From the NCBI GenBank assembly GCA_032718475.1, contig JAUCBJ010007359.1:1-64000 (forward strand): a stretch of 64,000 bases of DNA. The letters are read 5' to 3'. The stretch comes from Nemertoderma westbladi. Its lineage: Eukaryota > Animalia > Xenacoelomorpha. Positions 1 through 12,828 of this stretch are shown piece after piece (position 1 is the stretch's first letter; each line of letters opens with the position of its first letter). Below the pieces are notes generated by a model that saw only the letters and a program-made list of their open reading frames with translations, was not told the DNA's origin and did not search any database. The translations under genes were made by a program, and so were the position numbers.

Positions 1-384
1 GGTAGCTATCATAAAGAACATATCTACTAATGTTCTAGAACTTTCACCAATAACAAAAAAATTTAAAAACTCTAAAAAAGGATTGGTGAAGAATGGCTGG
101 GGTGTCGACAGGGCGAAGTAGGGACCGTATTGCTTAACCCCTTAGAGCCTATGACGTCCAGTGCATGTCACCATGGACAACACTAAGACATGCAGTGGAC
201 GTCATGCTGCAATACATGTTTTATTGGAAGGCTCTTGGTCTAGGTATACTGGTGGATAGTATTAAAGACATTTAGTGCTCTTCATGGCAAAAAATCCATT
301 CTGTACTGTAGATAGGATAGGCTTTATTGTAGACTGTATTATCAATGTTAGGTATATGGCGTAATGCCAACCACAGTACAGTAG

Positions 385-933
385 TACAGACTGACAGTAA
401 GACCGACAGACAGACAGACTGGATTTATGTAAACGTGTAAACTGACATCAGAAATGAAATCAGCAACCCTTAACACCCCCATAGCGGGAATGTTGGTTAG
501 TTAGTATACTTTCTTAAGTTTTGACAGACTGACTGACAGAAAGACCGACAGACCAACAGCCAGACAGACTAGATTTATTAAACGTGAAAACTGACATCTG
601 AAATGAAATCAGCACCCATTAAAACCCCCATAACGAGAATGTTAGTTAGTTTGTATTCTTTTTAAAGTTTTGACAGACTGACTGACTGACAGAAAGACCG
701 ACAGTCCGACAAACTAGATTAATGTAAACCTGAAAACTGACATCAGAAATGAAATCAGCACCCCTTAAAACCCCCATAGCGAGAATGTTAGTTAATTTGA
801 ATTATTTTTTATGTTTTGACAGACTGACTAACAGAATTACCGACAGACAGACAGACTAGATTTATGTAAACGTGAAAACTGACATCAGAAATGTAATCAG
901 CACCCCTTAAAACCCCCACAGCGAGAATGTTAG
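385..933 (+). repeat. Tandem array, about 4 copies of a ~146-bp unit with (CAGA)n microsatellite; the unit is also found inside MITEs
   Basis: The core ACTGACATCAGAAATGAAATCAGC recurs near 441, 590, 736 and 878. The same unit appears at 24560-25330 (both orientations) and 42570-42670. Confidence 0.85.
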
Positions 934-1954
934 CGACACGTTTTAATTATTAACCATATTTCGTAAGATATATTTCATCATCGTGTCTGCACGGTATTTC
1001 ACATAGCGCCCCATTTGGTGATCTCCAGTGAATGTTTGGATTTGACCTGACCAAATTGGTTTACTACGGAAGATCCGCAGTGGGCACACGTGAGCGGGTG
1101 TGGGCCACTCGGACTAGGACTTTGTAATTATTTTGCAAATATTGGGACCATGCATTTTCTAACTTACAGGTTTCGTTGCATTGCTTGGATCAAACTTATC
1201 CTGTATTCTATAATGAGTGGTATTTTACTCTCCGACATCGGTAGAGGTGAAGAGGTGTGTTGTTGGTCTGCCTCTGCGTCATTGGGGCGGGGGGGGGGGG
1301 GGGGGGGGGGTGTGTGTTGGGGCAAGTGTCAGATTCATCTATTCGTGTTGATGGTTGGTGAGGATTCTACTTCTGGCTAGGTCTGGCCTAGAGTAGAAGC
1401 AGTTCCGCGGCAATAATAATATTGCTCCATTGCTCCTCAAAAGAGGGCCCTTACTGCATCAGGGACGCGTTTTTCGACAGAGCCCCGTCAGCTGAAACAG
1501 CCAGTGCCGCTAGTCGGTGGGGTTGACTTGTTGACGAGAGGCTATTATGAGGCGCAATGGGATACGCATTGCGTATCTCCTTCTGTCAACCAATACTGGC
1601 CTAAGATATATTTTTCAACATTTATTTATTAATAATGCAATAACTGAATAACCAGATAACGGAAAGACAAATCGAATTGAAACTTTTAATTACTAATAAT
1701 AATTGTGGTGAGAGGTGATTGGAAATCAAGCATATATGTTATGTTATGGTAGGCACAGGCAAATGAATTGATGTCTGTTGAGATGTATTGAAGGAGCACT
1801 ATTCCTTCTACTAGACTACTACAGGTTAGGCCATGTCCTTGTGTGCTAGCCTAGGCACTGGCTTGGTCAATGACTTTAGCTTTAGCTGCCATTTTAGTAA
1901 TGTACAACTTCAAGAAATATTATTGGGCACGGCTGCCCTTGTTCGTGCCTTGTT

Positions 1955-2243
1955 GTCACACACACACATACACACACAGAGACTTTTGAAAAACGGCCAT
2001 AGTATAATTACAGTATATCAGTTCGCTGATGGCTCGCCATTCGTGTCTCGCCCCACACAAAATACGCATTCACGCAAACAAACAAGTAAAATTAGCCTCG
2101 AGATAGCGATAGTTTATGTGCTCGGGAAGAGAGCTTTCGATCATTTGCTCAGATTGGTGCTCGTGTGTCGGAGCGTATAGCTTGGACAGACTCACAGACT
2201 CATAGACTCACAGACAGACAATGCATATTTATATATAACACTA
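1955..2243. mobile_element. Short interspersed repeat with (CA)n core, Helitron/HINE-like non-autonomous element
   Basis: (CA)n-GACTTTTGAAAAACGGCCA-TAGTATAATT...CTCGCCCCAC is repeated at ~3600-3700 and partly at ~22460-22490. This copy ends in ...TATATATAACACTAG. The family assignment is inference. Confidence 0.45.
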
Positions 2244-2459
2244 GAAACCTTCTAGTTCACAAGCTTCTATACAGTAAATCAATCAATGGACAATATCAAA
2301 CATAAATAAATTAATTAATTAACTTAACAAAACTTTACATAAGTGAGCATTCTCTCAAACAAACAGACTGATGCCGCTTTAGTTGCAGCTACATACAATA
2401 ATAAACATAAGGCTTTATGTTGTAATAGATAAATAATAAAATGGGAAAAGGTTTAAACT

Positions 2460-2915
2460 GTGTGATATTTTCCCCTTAGTGGAAAACTGTATAACTGCAG
2501 AGTAGTGGTCAGCGTCCTCGCAAACAACCTGTAGTGCAGTAGGTCACTGCAGCAACTCTATCGTATTAAAATGGAAGGTTGTAATTTCAGACATTTCGCC
2601 CCCTAGTGACAGACTGCCTGCCAAGTGCCAAGTATCAGCAAAAAAGCATTCATAAACAACAAAATTGTAGGTTTCCTCATTCAGACATTTCATCCCCTAA
2701 TAGCGGCAGACTGGGGAACTGTAGATTGGTCATCATCGTCTCCCCAAGCCCAAATACACACCCTTACGGTGTAGTATACTCTGCTTGGTATCAGCAAAAA
2801 AAAACATTATAAACATATTGTGTAAAGGACCTAAGTATCAGCTAAAAATCATTATTAATAACAAAATAGGATAAGATTTTCACTTTCAGACATTTCGCCT
2901 CCTAGTGGCAGACTG
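2460..2915. repeat. Degenerate tandem repeat carrying CTCF-like motifs
   Basis: CAGACATTTCGCCYCCTAGTGRCAGACTG-like core near 2465, 2588, 2682 and 2886. Confidence 0.55.
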
Positions 2916-3719
2916 AAGAACCGCAAACTGGTCGGCGTCCTCCCAACACGCAGCTGTGGTCTGGTAGAATTTATTCTGCAAAGTGTCAGCAGAGTGGTTA
3001 CGATGATGCTGTTATAATTTCCTGCTTGCTGATCAGTAATTTCTCCGATAACAAAACAACTGTAGAATAATGCAATTTTACCTCAAAGACGCATTCATGC
3101 AAGTATCAAGTAAATGTGTAAAATAATCAGCCTCGAGATAGCCTTTACAATTCATGTTCACGGGCTCAGGATGGTCTGCATCATATAGATGAACGCACAT
3201 GATAGAGTCAAGATCCAACTTGTAGGATGACGGACTGACGACCTGCTAGGCCTACCTCGCTAGCACCCATCCGGTACATTGCAAAATTGAATAATTGAAT
3301 CATTTTGTGTTTATGATTATAAACAATATGTGAACTGAAAAAAGCTAATCTAAGATTCACTGCTGGTTCTTACCAATGTAAGTCAAGAACCAATCACAGC
3401 ACAGTAGATCCTCTCCGCTCTCCTGCTGGGTCCTATTTATTGAGATTACTACTTAACCAACCCAGCCTGCTGCAGGCCACCTATGATTGGTCTGCAAGTA
3501 GCTAGCTGCCTTGCTAACCGATGTATCATTCGCTCAGATTGGTGCTCTTTAGCTGAATATATTAATTTAGATTATGGCTTCCGACATTTATGGCTACCGA
3601 CACACACACATGTCACACACACACACACAGACTTTTGAAAAACGGCCATAGTATAATTATATCAGTTCGCTGATGGCTCGCCATACGTGTCTCGCCCCAC
3701 AATAGTCCTACAGTAAGTT

Positions 3720-4060
3720 ATTAGTTTATTAATTATTTACTATTTATACTGTAATTACGTTATACTGTATATTAAATTGTTCTGTACATTACATCTTTAT
3801 CGTTGAGTCGGGCATTGTCACGCTCTCGGTAAAGTTGTACATGTACATAGTGTAATTACGTTTTATATTGGTCTTAGGATTAGCGTAGTGTAATATTGTA
3901 TCCTTGTAACATAAAGGACCCCCTTGGAAATAAGCTGCAAAGCTTTAGGGGTAATCCTATATGTTATGTTGGACAATACCTTTATACCGGTACATTGTTT
4001 GGTGTATTTGTTATTGTTTTTACATAATGTATAAATAAATCTATCAGTATCTATCTATCA
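3720..4060 (+). mobile_element. 3' end of an L2/CR1-group LINE
   Basis: GGACCCCC...AATAAGC...GGGGTAATCC stem-loop followed by AATAAATAAA and a (TCTA)n tail, typical of L2-group 3' ends. Confidence 0.5.
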
Positions 4061-4277
4061 TTTTTCCAAAGGTGCCTATTAATTGACTTAATATTTTCCC
4101 AGAGGTGCCTATTAATCAGTGGAGGAGATATGTATTTGGGAGCGGGGGGTACATAAAGAGTATGAACTTTTTTAATTACTTTAATTTATTTATTTACTAA
4201 AATAACCTTTGTGGGGCGAGCCACAAAGTAAGCGAGTATGAGTGTGCGTATGTTATATGACAAACAAAAACCTTAAA

Positions 4278-4836
4278 TCAGTTTCCAAAAACATTCGTTC
4301 GAATTTCAGTCTGTTTCGTAAAAATACATATAAGTTTTTCAATGTCACAATAATCTAAAACGTTTTTGTGCACATGACATACAGTTAAGTAGTTTTAGAG
4401 TTTCTGAGCCATCGTAGATCTCAACCAAGTTTTCAATCGGCGTAGGATGGAAAAGCTCCGCTCACATTCGCATGAAGATAAGGGCAAACCAGTCACAGTC
4501 TTAGTAACTGAAATAGGGAAATAGGTTTTTCACGTCTGCTGACATTGCTTTATCAGATGACACAGCCTTACTTAGGGAACTGGATTTGGTAGAGCGATTG
4601 AACATTTTCAATTCAAGTTCAATAAGGCTGTCACCACTCAGTTCTGGATATTGACTAACAATCTCACGGTTAACTGTCCCAGTTGTTAAACATTTCTCTA
4701 ACTCGATGTAATTTTTGATACTACTATTGTCCGGAGAAAATCTGTCACGTAAGTCAGAGAGTATGTTATTAGAGCCTGATATTGAATCACAGGACTTGAA
4801 TGAAGCCTCAGCTGATTGACTGATTGAGCTGAACAT
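4278..4836 (-). pseudogene. hAT transposase C-terminal (dimerisation) fragment, ZMYM1-like
   Basis: ORF 4501-4836 continues after a frameshift as LPLSSCECERSFSILRRLKTWLRSTMAQKL*NYLTVCHVHK...VFGN*, which contains the hATC ERSFS motif. Confidence 0.85.
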
Positions 4837-5050
4837 TATACTTTTTACTAGAATAATTATTATATTATTTGGTTTAATAGAAATTAATAAATTATTAATA
4901 AAGATTATATTATAAAAAATATTTTATAAAAAAACTGCCAAATTCGCGAAAAACCTCCGGTGAATCTCGTGACAAAATGAACAGAAATTAATTCGAGAAA
5001 CTGACAGTTTTCTCTCTTAAATTAACTGGCATTTGTAATATCCTTTGATT

Positions 5051-5788
5051 CAGGGCATGTTTTATGAAATTTATACCGGTGGGCCAAATTTAAAAAAGGG
5101 CCCTTTTATATACCGAAATTTTATTTAGAAATTAAAATAGCCAATTAAACAATTAAAAATAGGTTAATTAATTAATTAAAATAGTAAAAGATATTAGCTG
5201 CAAAGATATACAATTATAATGAATATTATTAACAACACAATTACGATACTAAACTAAACTATACTAAACTATTGAGTAATACGCCCATAACGCAAACCAC
5301 GGACAAATAACACTATATTGCAGTACGCCATTGTGTTTTCAATATTGGAGGGAATCCATTCCTATTGTATACCGTATACCCAACTAAGGGCCCTCATATT
5401 TTGTTTCACTGGCAAAGTTACAGTAGGCCTATGTTAGCATTGGATGGATGCCCTGCCCACTCATGGGGCTTCCCAAATCCACAGCCGGCTACGTCATTGG
5501 CAGACAACCAATAGAAACAACTAACATTCACTTTAAAATGTTTCTACTTGTTTCTACCACTCTATTAGCTGACTGATTCACCCCATGTTAAATAAATATT
5601 TGTTCTGGAATTAATATTTACAATTTTTCCAAATAAAGTAATTATCTAAATGTGGTTAGAATGTCTTTAAAATCATTATTTAAAAAAATTAAGGTCTTGA
5701 ATTTTTGGAAGCCCCATGTTATAATGTGGCCCCGAGGCCGAGGCCGAGGCCTGATGGCCTTGTTAGCCTAGGCGGTAATCATGCCCTG
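5051..5788. mobile_element. Possible nested hAT-type MITE
   Basis: Short TIR CAGGGCATG / CATGCCCTG. No matching TSD seen. Confidence 0.35.
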
Positions 5789-5891
5789 CTCACAATGAGG
5801 CTATGATCTTCCCACCCCCCCCCCCCCCCCCCCCCAAGTTTTTCGCCTCTGATATTAATTGACTTCATATTAGTCCAGAGGTGCATATTAA

Positions 5892-7470
5892 CCCTATTAG
5901 TACCGGGCTATAAAATGTTGTACAAATACCGGGAGGGGGTCATATTGACCCCCCCCCCCCCCCCCCCCCCCCCCCCTCTAAATTCTACAAATATTTACGA
6001 AAACGTCTGATTTTTTGTTTGTACGTAGGTATCACTTGTCTGGATCCGACCGAAAAAAGAAATTTTCGAAAAAATGTACTGGGGTGGTTATATTGCAGCA
6101 CCAAAATTACAAGTAGTGCACAATTTTCACAAAATTTGAAAGTTACATTTTCGGCTAATTATTTTTCAATACAGGTTTTTTGGGGTGCAAAATACATTGG
6201 AAAATATTTAAAAATGATATGATTACTATAAATGGCTGTTTAGTCCTCTCTGCGTAGGAGAAAAATGAAAAAAACAAGTAACCAGCACTTTTCAGTTAGA
6301 ACACAAAATTTTTAATTCACTTATACGATGCTATAAATTCACATTTTCAGGTTTTCGAGGGCGCTGATTCTAATGGAATACATTTCTAATATTCCAGATC
6401 ATTGCTACTTGTATTTTTCGGCGTAATTTAGCAAATTTTGGTGCTAGCACCAAATTTCGTACCCATCACCAAAAAGTACAAGTTTGCGATGTCCAGTGCT
6501 GTTTTTATTGATTCCATCGGATTCAGGACCCTCATAAACCCGTATAACGCAAGAAACAAGGTGATACACTCTACTTATCAATTTGCATATTTTCCACAAT
6601 TTGGTGCTGGCACAACAATTTTCACCCACCGGCGAAAAATACAAGTTTGAGAACTCTTATGAAATTTTTACTGATTCCATTGAATTCAGAACCACCACAA
6701 ACCCGTATAACGCAAGAAACAAGGTGACACAATCAATTGATATATTTGATGGTTTTCAAAATTTGGTGCTAGCACCACATTTTGCACCCACATCCAAAAA
6801 ATACAAGTTTGAGATGTCTAGTTCGATAATTATATTTTCCAATTGAATTCAGAACAGCCATAAACCTCTAAAACGCAAGAAATAAATTGTCACAAGCAAT
6901 TTTATATATTGAATGGATTTTCAAAATTTCGTGCTAGCACCAAAATTAGCACACAGCACCGAAAAATACAAGTTTGATACGCTTGGTTCAACTCGTATAT
7001 ATTTCATCGAATCCAGAACCTCAAAAAACCCCAATTGCGTAAAAAACAAGTTTCAAACAATCAATTTACAAAATTGACTTATTTCAAAATTTGGTGCTGG
7101 CACCAAAATTTGGCACCCATCGAAAAAAACAGGTTTGAAATTTCTAAATCAATTTATATGAATTCCATCCAATTTCTAACACCAAAAAACCGGTGTAAAT
7201 CAAAAATAGAGATGTTACAATTCATATATAATGAAATGTAATTTTCAAAAAACGTCTCAAAAAAAGTACCAATAGTAGGGTTAAAAAATGGTGCTATAAC
7301 TCGAAAAGTACCCAATATTTTTGAAAACGGTTTTCACTACCATGAAGACAATAGATTTTTAGGAAAAGTCATAAAATTTCAGATTCCCAACTGCGTTTGT
7401 TTCAGAATTATAATAAAAAAACCACGGGGAGGGGGGTCATATTGACCCCCCCCCCCCGGGTTTAATAGGG
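5892..7470 (+). mobile_element. piggyBac-type non-autonomous element (MITE), copy 1
   Basis: TTAA at 5888-5891 and 7471-7474. TIR CCCTATTA/TAATAGGG. Subterminal GGGGTCATATTGACCCC palindromes. Internal ~162-bp repeats with GGTGCTAGCACC core. Confidence 0.9.
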
Positions 7471-8255
7471 TTAATTAATTTAATACGTTTCCAGAGGTGC
7501 CTATTAAGTGACAGGCAGAGGTTCCTGAAAAGAGAAAAATATGTATGGACTCAATCAGCCACCGTAAAATACAACTGGTGTAGAAGGTCGTTGCTACAGT
7601 ACCATCTACCAACTAATAAAAATACATGTAGCATGTAGGTATACTGTACCAGGCGCGTCGGAAAATAGAGGATAGCAAGGGTCAGTTCAAATAATACTGT
7701 AATATTATTGGAAAATATGAATATAATATAAATTATTGGCAAGTAATATGCACCAATGTCTCTAATACTGTAGTAGTTAAGCTGTTGCATGATGGCAGCG
7801 GTTCCTATCTAATTGGACATTGGGTTTGGGTTCACTCCTTGTGTAGCAAGTTATTATTGTATCACATAATGCGGTGGCAGTTGTTCTCAGATGGGGAGTG
7901 GGTTCCATGGGTTCAAAGGTTCTCTCATTATCTTAACAATTTTTAGGACGTTCGCTGCCAAAGTACCATAAAAAAAATGGAGAAATTATCCTTAAAAATG
8001 GTTCAATTTAAAGTTTAAAGGTTCATTAAAGTTTCCACAGTAACATTATTGTTAGTCAATTTACTTTTGACCGAGCAGGACATGATACTGTAATATGGGG
8101 TAGACCCTACCATCTGCAGGATAATTTTATTTGTAATCTTGAAATGCCATTAAGTTGGCTTGGAACGAACCTGCAATTGTAACTTTCACCTAAATCGCTT
8201 ACCGGACCGTTCTGACCCAGGATTTCCAACTGTACAGTATGTGCGTGCAATCCGT

Positions 8256-8545
8256 GTCCCAATGTGTCCGAGTGGATCAGTAGCGCCAGAACTGATTTCA
8301 CAATAATGTATGGCGGCGCAGGTTCAAATCCGAGTAAAAGCTGTAGAAATTTCGCATTGTTTGTGTCCCTATAGGCAAGAAAATTTAGGCGCTGTGTTTA
8401 CGCAAACCCAGCGGTATAATTGGGTATCTGAAATCTGATGGGAGAGTAAAGTGGCTACAGGCCATGATCGGATGATATGGCGCAACAGATATAATAGCCA
8501 TAATTGTTTCTGCCGGGCTATAAAGTCATACAATTATTATTATAC
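8256..8545 (+). mobile_element. tRNA-derived SINE
   Basis: A-box TGTCCGAGTGG (8265), B-box GGTTCAAATCC (8321), central ACCCAGCGGTATAATTGGGTA domain and (ATT)n tail. Confidence 0.65.
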
Positions 8546-9182
8546 AGTATACAAATACTGTAGCAATGTTATTCCGTATCATTCCGTTTCGATAGCATGC
8601 TGTTTCGAACAATGGCCAAGCACGGCGTAATTTCTATACCATGCTAAACGGGCGACGGACGGTACTCAAACAGGGAGTTAGGCAAACGAGATATTACATC
8701 AATAAATAGGATATGCGAGTTTACGCAAACTGGCCGTTACGCAAACAAGACTTAAAGCAATCAGGACGTTTTTGACAAACAACTTTAAATCTGGTGTAAT
8801 GTCTCGTTGTCATAGAGCCCAGTTTGCATAAAATGTCCTACCCACCTACACACAGCAGGCCCTAACAGTCTACAGTATGATACTCCATTTCAAGCACATA
8901 CGTACGAAGAGTGTGGAAAAAAATAAAGAAAAATTCGTAATGAGGAAAAGTGTAATGTCGCGTTTACGTAACGTCCTGTTTGCGTGGCGTCAGCTCGCCT
9001 GCTAAACAGTATGATTCTGTAGTATACCGCGTGATATATGGTTCCTTATCCCACATAGCTATTGTAGTCCGTACGGGTATGAGTCTAAAAATATATAAAT
9101 GTAATGGCATTATTTTGTTCTCAGGTAGAACGTTTTCTAGATAAATGACGTAACATGAATTGTGACGTCATAGTTAGTCTTA

Positions 9183-9378
9183 GGCCGCGTTCACACTACC
9201 GAGTCAAAGTCAAAGTCAAAAGAAAATAAATATAGCTAGCTAGCAATAATAAATAATAATAGATTATATAGGCCTAATATAATACATAATGGCGTTCTAG
9301 AAAAAAATAAATTTCTTGTTATTTTTTTTACATTTTGTCTTTTGACTTTGACTTTGACTCGGTAGTGTGAACGCGGCC
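9183..9378. mobile_element. Palindromic MITE (Harbinger/Tourist-like)
   Basis: ~40-bp TIR GGCCGCGTTCACACTACCGAGTCAAAGTCAAAGTCAAAAG, flanked by TTA/TAA. Confidence 0.8.
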
Positions 9379-9479
9379 TAATAAAGGTTAACAATATATA
9401 CCATAAATTTAATTTATATCAAACGAACGTAATGGTAAAATGTAACGTATGTACGTAGTAAGTTTTTATCAATCGTTTG

Positions 9480-10640
9480 AAGGACTATTCTACTGTTGTA
9501 CTGGAAGTGTTTCTGATACCATTCGGTATCGAATTCCATACAAAAGGGGCGGCTACAGAGAATGCACGTCTACCGTAATTTTCAAGATTGTATCGTTGTG
9601 TTGAAAATAACATTGTATTACAGAACGAATTTCAGTTGGACAGTACAGAGATATTAATCGACTTATATACACCATGTCCTGGAATATAACCTTAAAGAGA
9701 GGGCATGAAATTTGAAACAGAGATAGTTTCACCTCCCTCCTCCTTCCTGGGTGAGCCTAAATTATTATTTTTTTCTTTCTATCTTTAGCTACAAGTGTTT
9801 GAAAAATGTGTCTCCGGCGATATTTCACAGGTCACAGTGCAATCATTCTTCAACCTTATAGTGATGTGATGGTACCAATAGAAAGCTGCCCATGCAAGGA
9901 TTCCAAATATGTAAAAACATTTGAATTTGGTTGGGAAATAGCTGATAGATATGGGCATTCGAATGTTGCATGTATTTGGCTGCCCCTGCAGGCAATTTAT
10001 TATATTTAATAAAATGTACCATATTCTATAACATTTTGTTTATTCCAATGGGCAACAATGCAATACCTCTTTAAACATACTAATACGTAGCTATTCATAA
10101 ATAAACAAAATGTTCTTGAATATTGTATTTTTATTTAATAGAATAAAATAGCCTCATGCAGATGCAAAACCATGCTTTCGACGAAATTAAGATTATGTTA
10201 CATATTTGGAATCCCTAATTGGCCAGCTTTCCATCAGTAGGCTACCAACAAATCACGATAAGGTTGAAGAATAACTTTTTTAAACCCTTGTAGTTAAAGA
10301 TTGAAAACAAAAATAAATATTATGGCTCATCCACGGAAGAGGAGGGAGGTGGAACCACATCTACTGTATTTCAAATTTCATGTAATCTCATTAGGATTGG
10401 TAGAAAAATTTGGGGGGTGGTGCCCAGGTGCGTGATTAACGACACTATACTGTATTCCGGAACATTGTGTTTGTAGGTACCATTCCATCAAGACATTTAA
10501 AAAACATTAGGCCTAGAGCGCAATCTTAAAGTTAATTCTGTAAGGAACTTTTGTGAACATTGCAGAATAATCGAGCAGCACTGTTTTGTACGTACTGTAG
10601 TTTCCTAATACTCCGTTGTGGTAGACCATAATATAGTGCA
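9480..10640. mobile_element. Degenerate foldback element(s)
   Basis: 9700-9960 is inverted against 10180-10385 (CATGAAATTTGAAA...CCTCCCTCCT vs AGGAGGGAGG...TTTCAAATTTCATG). Weaker outer arms are also present. Confidence 0.6.
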
Positions 10641-11519
10641 TTGTTGTAATCTATCTTGTTGGAAATAAACGCATGAACTAAGGAAAAACCGTTTAACCTT
10701 AGAAATATTTCTCAAGTGATAAAAGAAGTCTGCACAACTTTACTGATTTGTTTTTCGAGAGAAAGATGTTCGTGTCTCTAGCAAATGGACAGAAATTGAG
10801 GAGTTAATCTCAAGTTCTTATTTATTAATGTAATAAATAGTAATTCTTATCTGTGAATTTGATATTCACCTGAGAAATATAGCCGGACCACATGTTGTTG
10901 ATAAGTCGGTATAGCATTCCTAATGCATATGCTGCGCGGGGCATGCCAAATTGTGGATTTCATGGTGGCGGCAAAATATTTTTTCTTAAGCCAGCAGCAG
11001 AGCATCTCAATGTGCAACTTCAATGCAGAAGGTGGATTATAGCAGTAGTAGTACAGTATGCTTACTGGTGCTCATCAAATGAGGTAATTGTTAAATTTTT
11101 GTATAGAAGAATGCTACAAAGCTGACATGCTTTAATTAAATACATAAAGATTTCGTTGCAAAAATTATTGATAAATAAATATAATTACTGTATCTTACAG
11201 TACTAAAAAAAATGTGTAGCGCCTCGCGAATTACGAATCTAAATCCCGGGACATGGTGTAATTGCAGTGTGGGAACGTGTTTGGAAATATTCTAAAATCC
11301 ATAAAACTGGGATGACATATGCATTAGACTGACTATATACTGTATAATATATATGTAACCTAACTTTTGGAAATTTTACATTTTTATAGGCCTACTGCAT
11401 TTAGGCCTACAAATATTAAACTTTTGATAATTTTTATATGACTTTTGCAAAAGGAATTGGTGCTACACGTTACATTCGCTTCCATATCATGGGCGATATG
11501 ATTAAAGATTACGATGTTG

Positions 11520-12737
11520 TTACATTATTCTCGAATCAGTAAGAATTTTATCGGCTCTATCGTAACCCAACAATCCAAGATCAACGAACTCGTTACACCG
11601 ATCGAACATGTAGTCTGCCATACCGAGGCTGACACTGTCCATCCAAGACGCGGCTATCGCCGATGATGATTTCGAAACTGTAGTGTTTCGATCTTCTCGA
11701 CCCCAAAACAGTTTATGGTACGTCTTGTAATAAGTGTTGTTCTGGATAAATTTATCGACATCTTCGTGATTTCTGACGCTAGTAAATTTAACGAGATCTT
11801 CATAAACACCTTCAGTATCAGCTGATAGGTCTTCGTATCTTAGAAACATAACTCCTTTTCGTAGATCCTCATCACCCAAGTAGTCACTTATCATATAGTT
11901 TAACCAAGAACAATATTGATCAAGCATTCTACCAACAATTTCAATCGGCGCTTCAGAGATTTCCATACTCCCCTTAAGTGTCAGAGAATTGATTCGCCCG
12001 ATGGGATGGCGAACTAGAACAATTAATCTCATCCCCCCATCCAACGTGAGATTTTTAAACATTTTTATAGAACCAGCATCGGGTATTTTGGCAACTGTTG
12101 ATTTGTGGTCAAGACAAACTTGGTTCACATTATCGCACTCTTCACTGCACTTGGCAATATTCGTACAGGAAAGTTGAAACGCTTTCATGATGCAGCCGTT
12201 CTCTCTGAATGTTATTCTGGGCCAATCGCAATTAAAGATTGCATCCAACATTGGAGAAACACTTTCTTCGGACATATTACCTATGTGTCCATGGAAGTTA
12301 TTACAATTTAGATCATCCTTCTCACAAAGATTATAATATTGCAGAATATTTAAACTCGATTCCTTAAAAAGTTGTTCGTTTATTTTATGAATTGGTTCGA
12401 ATAGATACATCACGTTGGGATTTTGGTTTAATAATTCCCCTAAAAACGATGACCCCGACCGAATTTGGGTTATGATGGCCACATTATGTCTCGTTGTATC
12501 GGTTGTATCGTATTCACGGTTGCGTGTGGACTTGAAATCCGTTTCTGGAAAGTAATTGTTGTGTTCCGGTAAGTCATATTGGGGTTCTGTGATGTAATAT
12601 TGGGGTTCTGTGATGTAATATTGGGGTTCTGAGTTATTATATTTTGGTACATCCCGCATCCAAAGATACAAACCCGCCACTGAACACAAGGCGATACAAA
12701 TAATTATTTGGGTCTGGGCTTGCGATAAACGAAACAT
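11520..12737 (-). CDS. Golgi carbohydrate sulfotransferase (CHST1-7 / Gal-GlcNAc-6-O-sulfotransferase-like), single exon, type II membrane protein
   Basis: 405-aa ORF with an N-terminal TM helix (IIICIALCSVAGLYLW), 5'-PSB motif TQIRSGSSFLGELLNQNPNVMYLFEP, 3'-PB-like LVRHPIGRINS and RYEDL. Confidence 0.9.
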   Translation of the reverse strand: MFRLSQAQTQIIICIALCSVAGLYLWMRDVPKYNNSEPQYYITEPQYYITEPQYDLPEHNNYFPETDFKSTRNREYDTTDTTRHNVAIITQIRSGSSFLGELLNQNPNVMYLFEPIHKINEQLFKESSLNILQYYNLCEKDDLNCNNFHGHIGNMSEESVSPMLDAIFNCDWPRITFRENGCIMKAFQLSCTNIAKCSEECDNVNQVCLDHKSTVAKIPDAGSIKMFKNLTLDGGMRLIVLVRHPIGRINSLTLKGSMEISEAPIEIVGRMLDQYCSWLNYMISDYLGDEDLRKGVMFLRYEDLSADTEGVYEDLVKFTSVRNHEDVDKFIQNNTYYKTYHKLFWGREDRNTTVSKSSSAIAASWMDSVSLGMADYMFDRCNEFVDLGLLGYDRADKILTDSRIM

Positions 12738-12820
12738 TACGTTACATATAGTCCTATCTAGTTTCGCGTACCAGTATTTCCCTACTGTATCACAATCTTT
12801 CGAATAAACAGTATCTTGGG

Positions 12821-12828
12821 CTTTTATA
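12821..12828 (-). promoter_or_regulatory. Candidate TATA box of the sulfotransferase gene
   Basis: TATAAAAG on the minus strand ~85 bp upstream of the ATG. The context is AT-rich, so this is weak. Confidence 0.3.

Larger units (their letters stand above)
4117..5851 (-). mobile_element. hAT DNA transposon remnant
   Basis: Termini CAGTGGAGG (4117) and revcomp CAGAGGCGA (5851). 8-bp target duplication CTATTAAT / ATATTAAT (7/8 match). Contains a transposase fragment. Confidence 0.75.

Noticed and set aside
134-206. piggyBac-like left end (TTAACCCCTT plus a 19-bp internal inverted repeat)
   Set aside because: No matching right end was found, so an element could not be delimited.
5949-5976. Long poly-C/poly-G runs here and elsewhere as functional G4 elements
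   Set aside because: The sister MITE copy has only CCCCACCC at this site, so run lengths may be slippage or long-read assembly artefacts.
6019-7241. Short ORFs in MITEs and tandem arrays (also 16212-17642, 27392-27886, 32781-33314, 39303-40468)
   Set aside because: They have no recognisable domains, and their repeated peptides only reflect DNA repeats.
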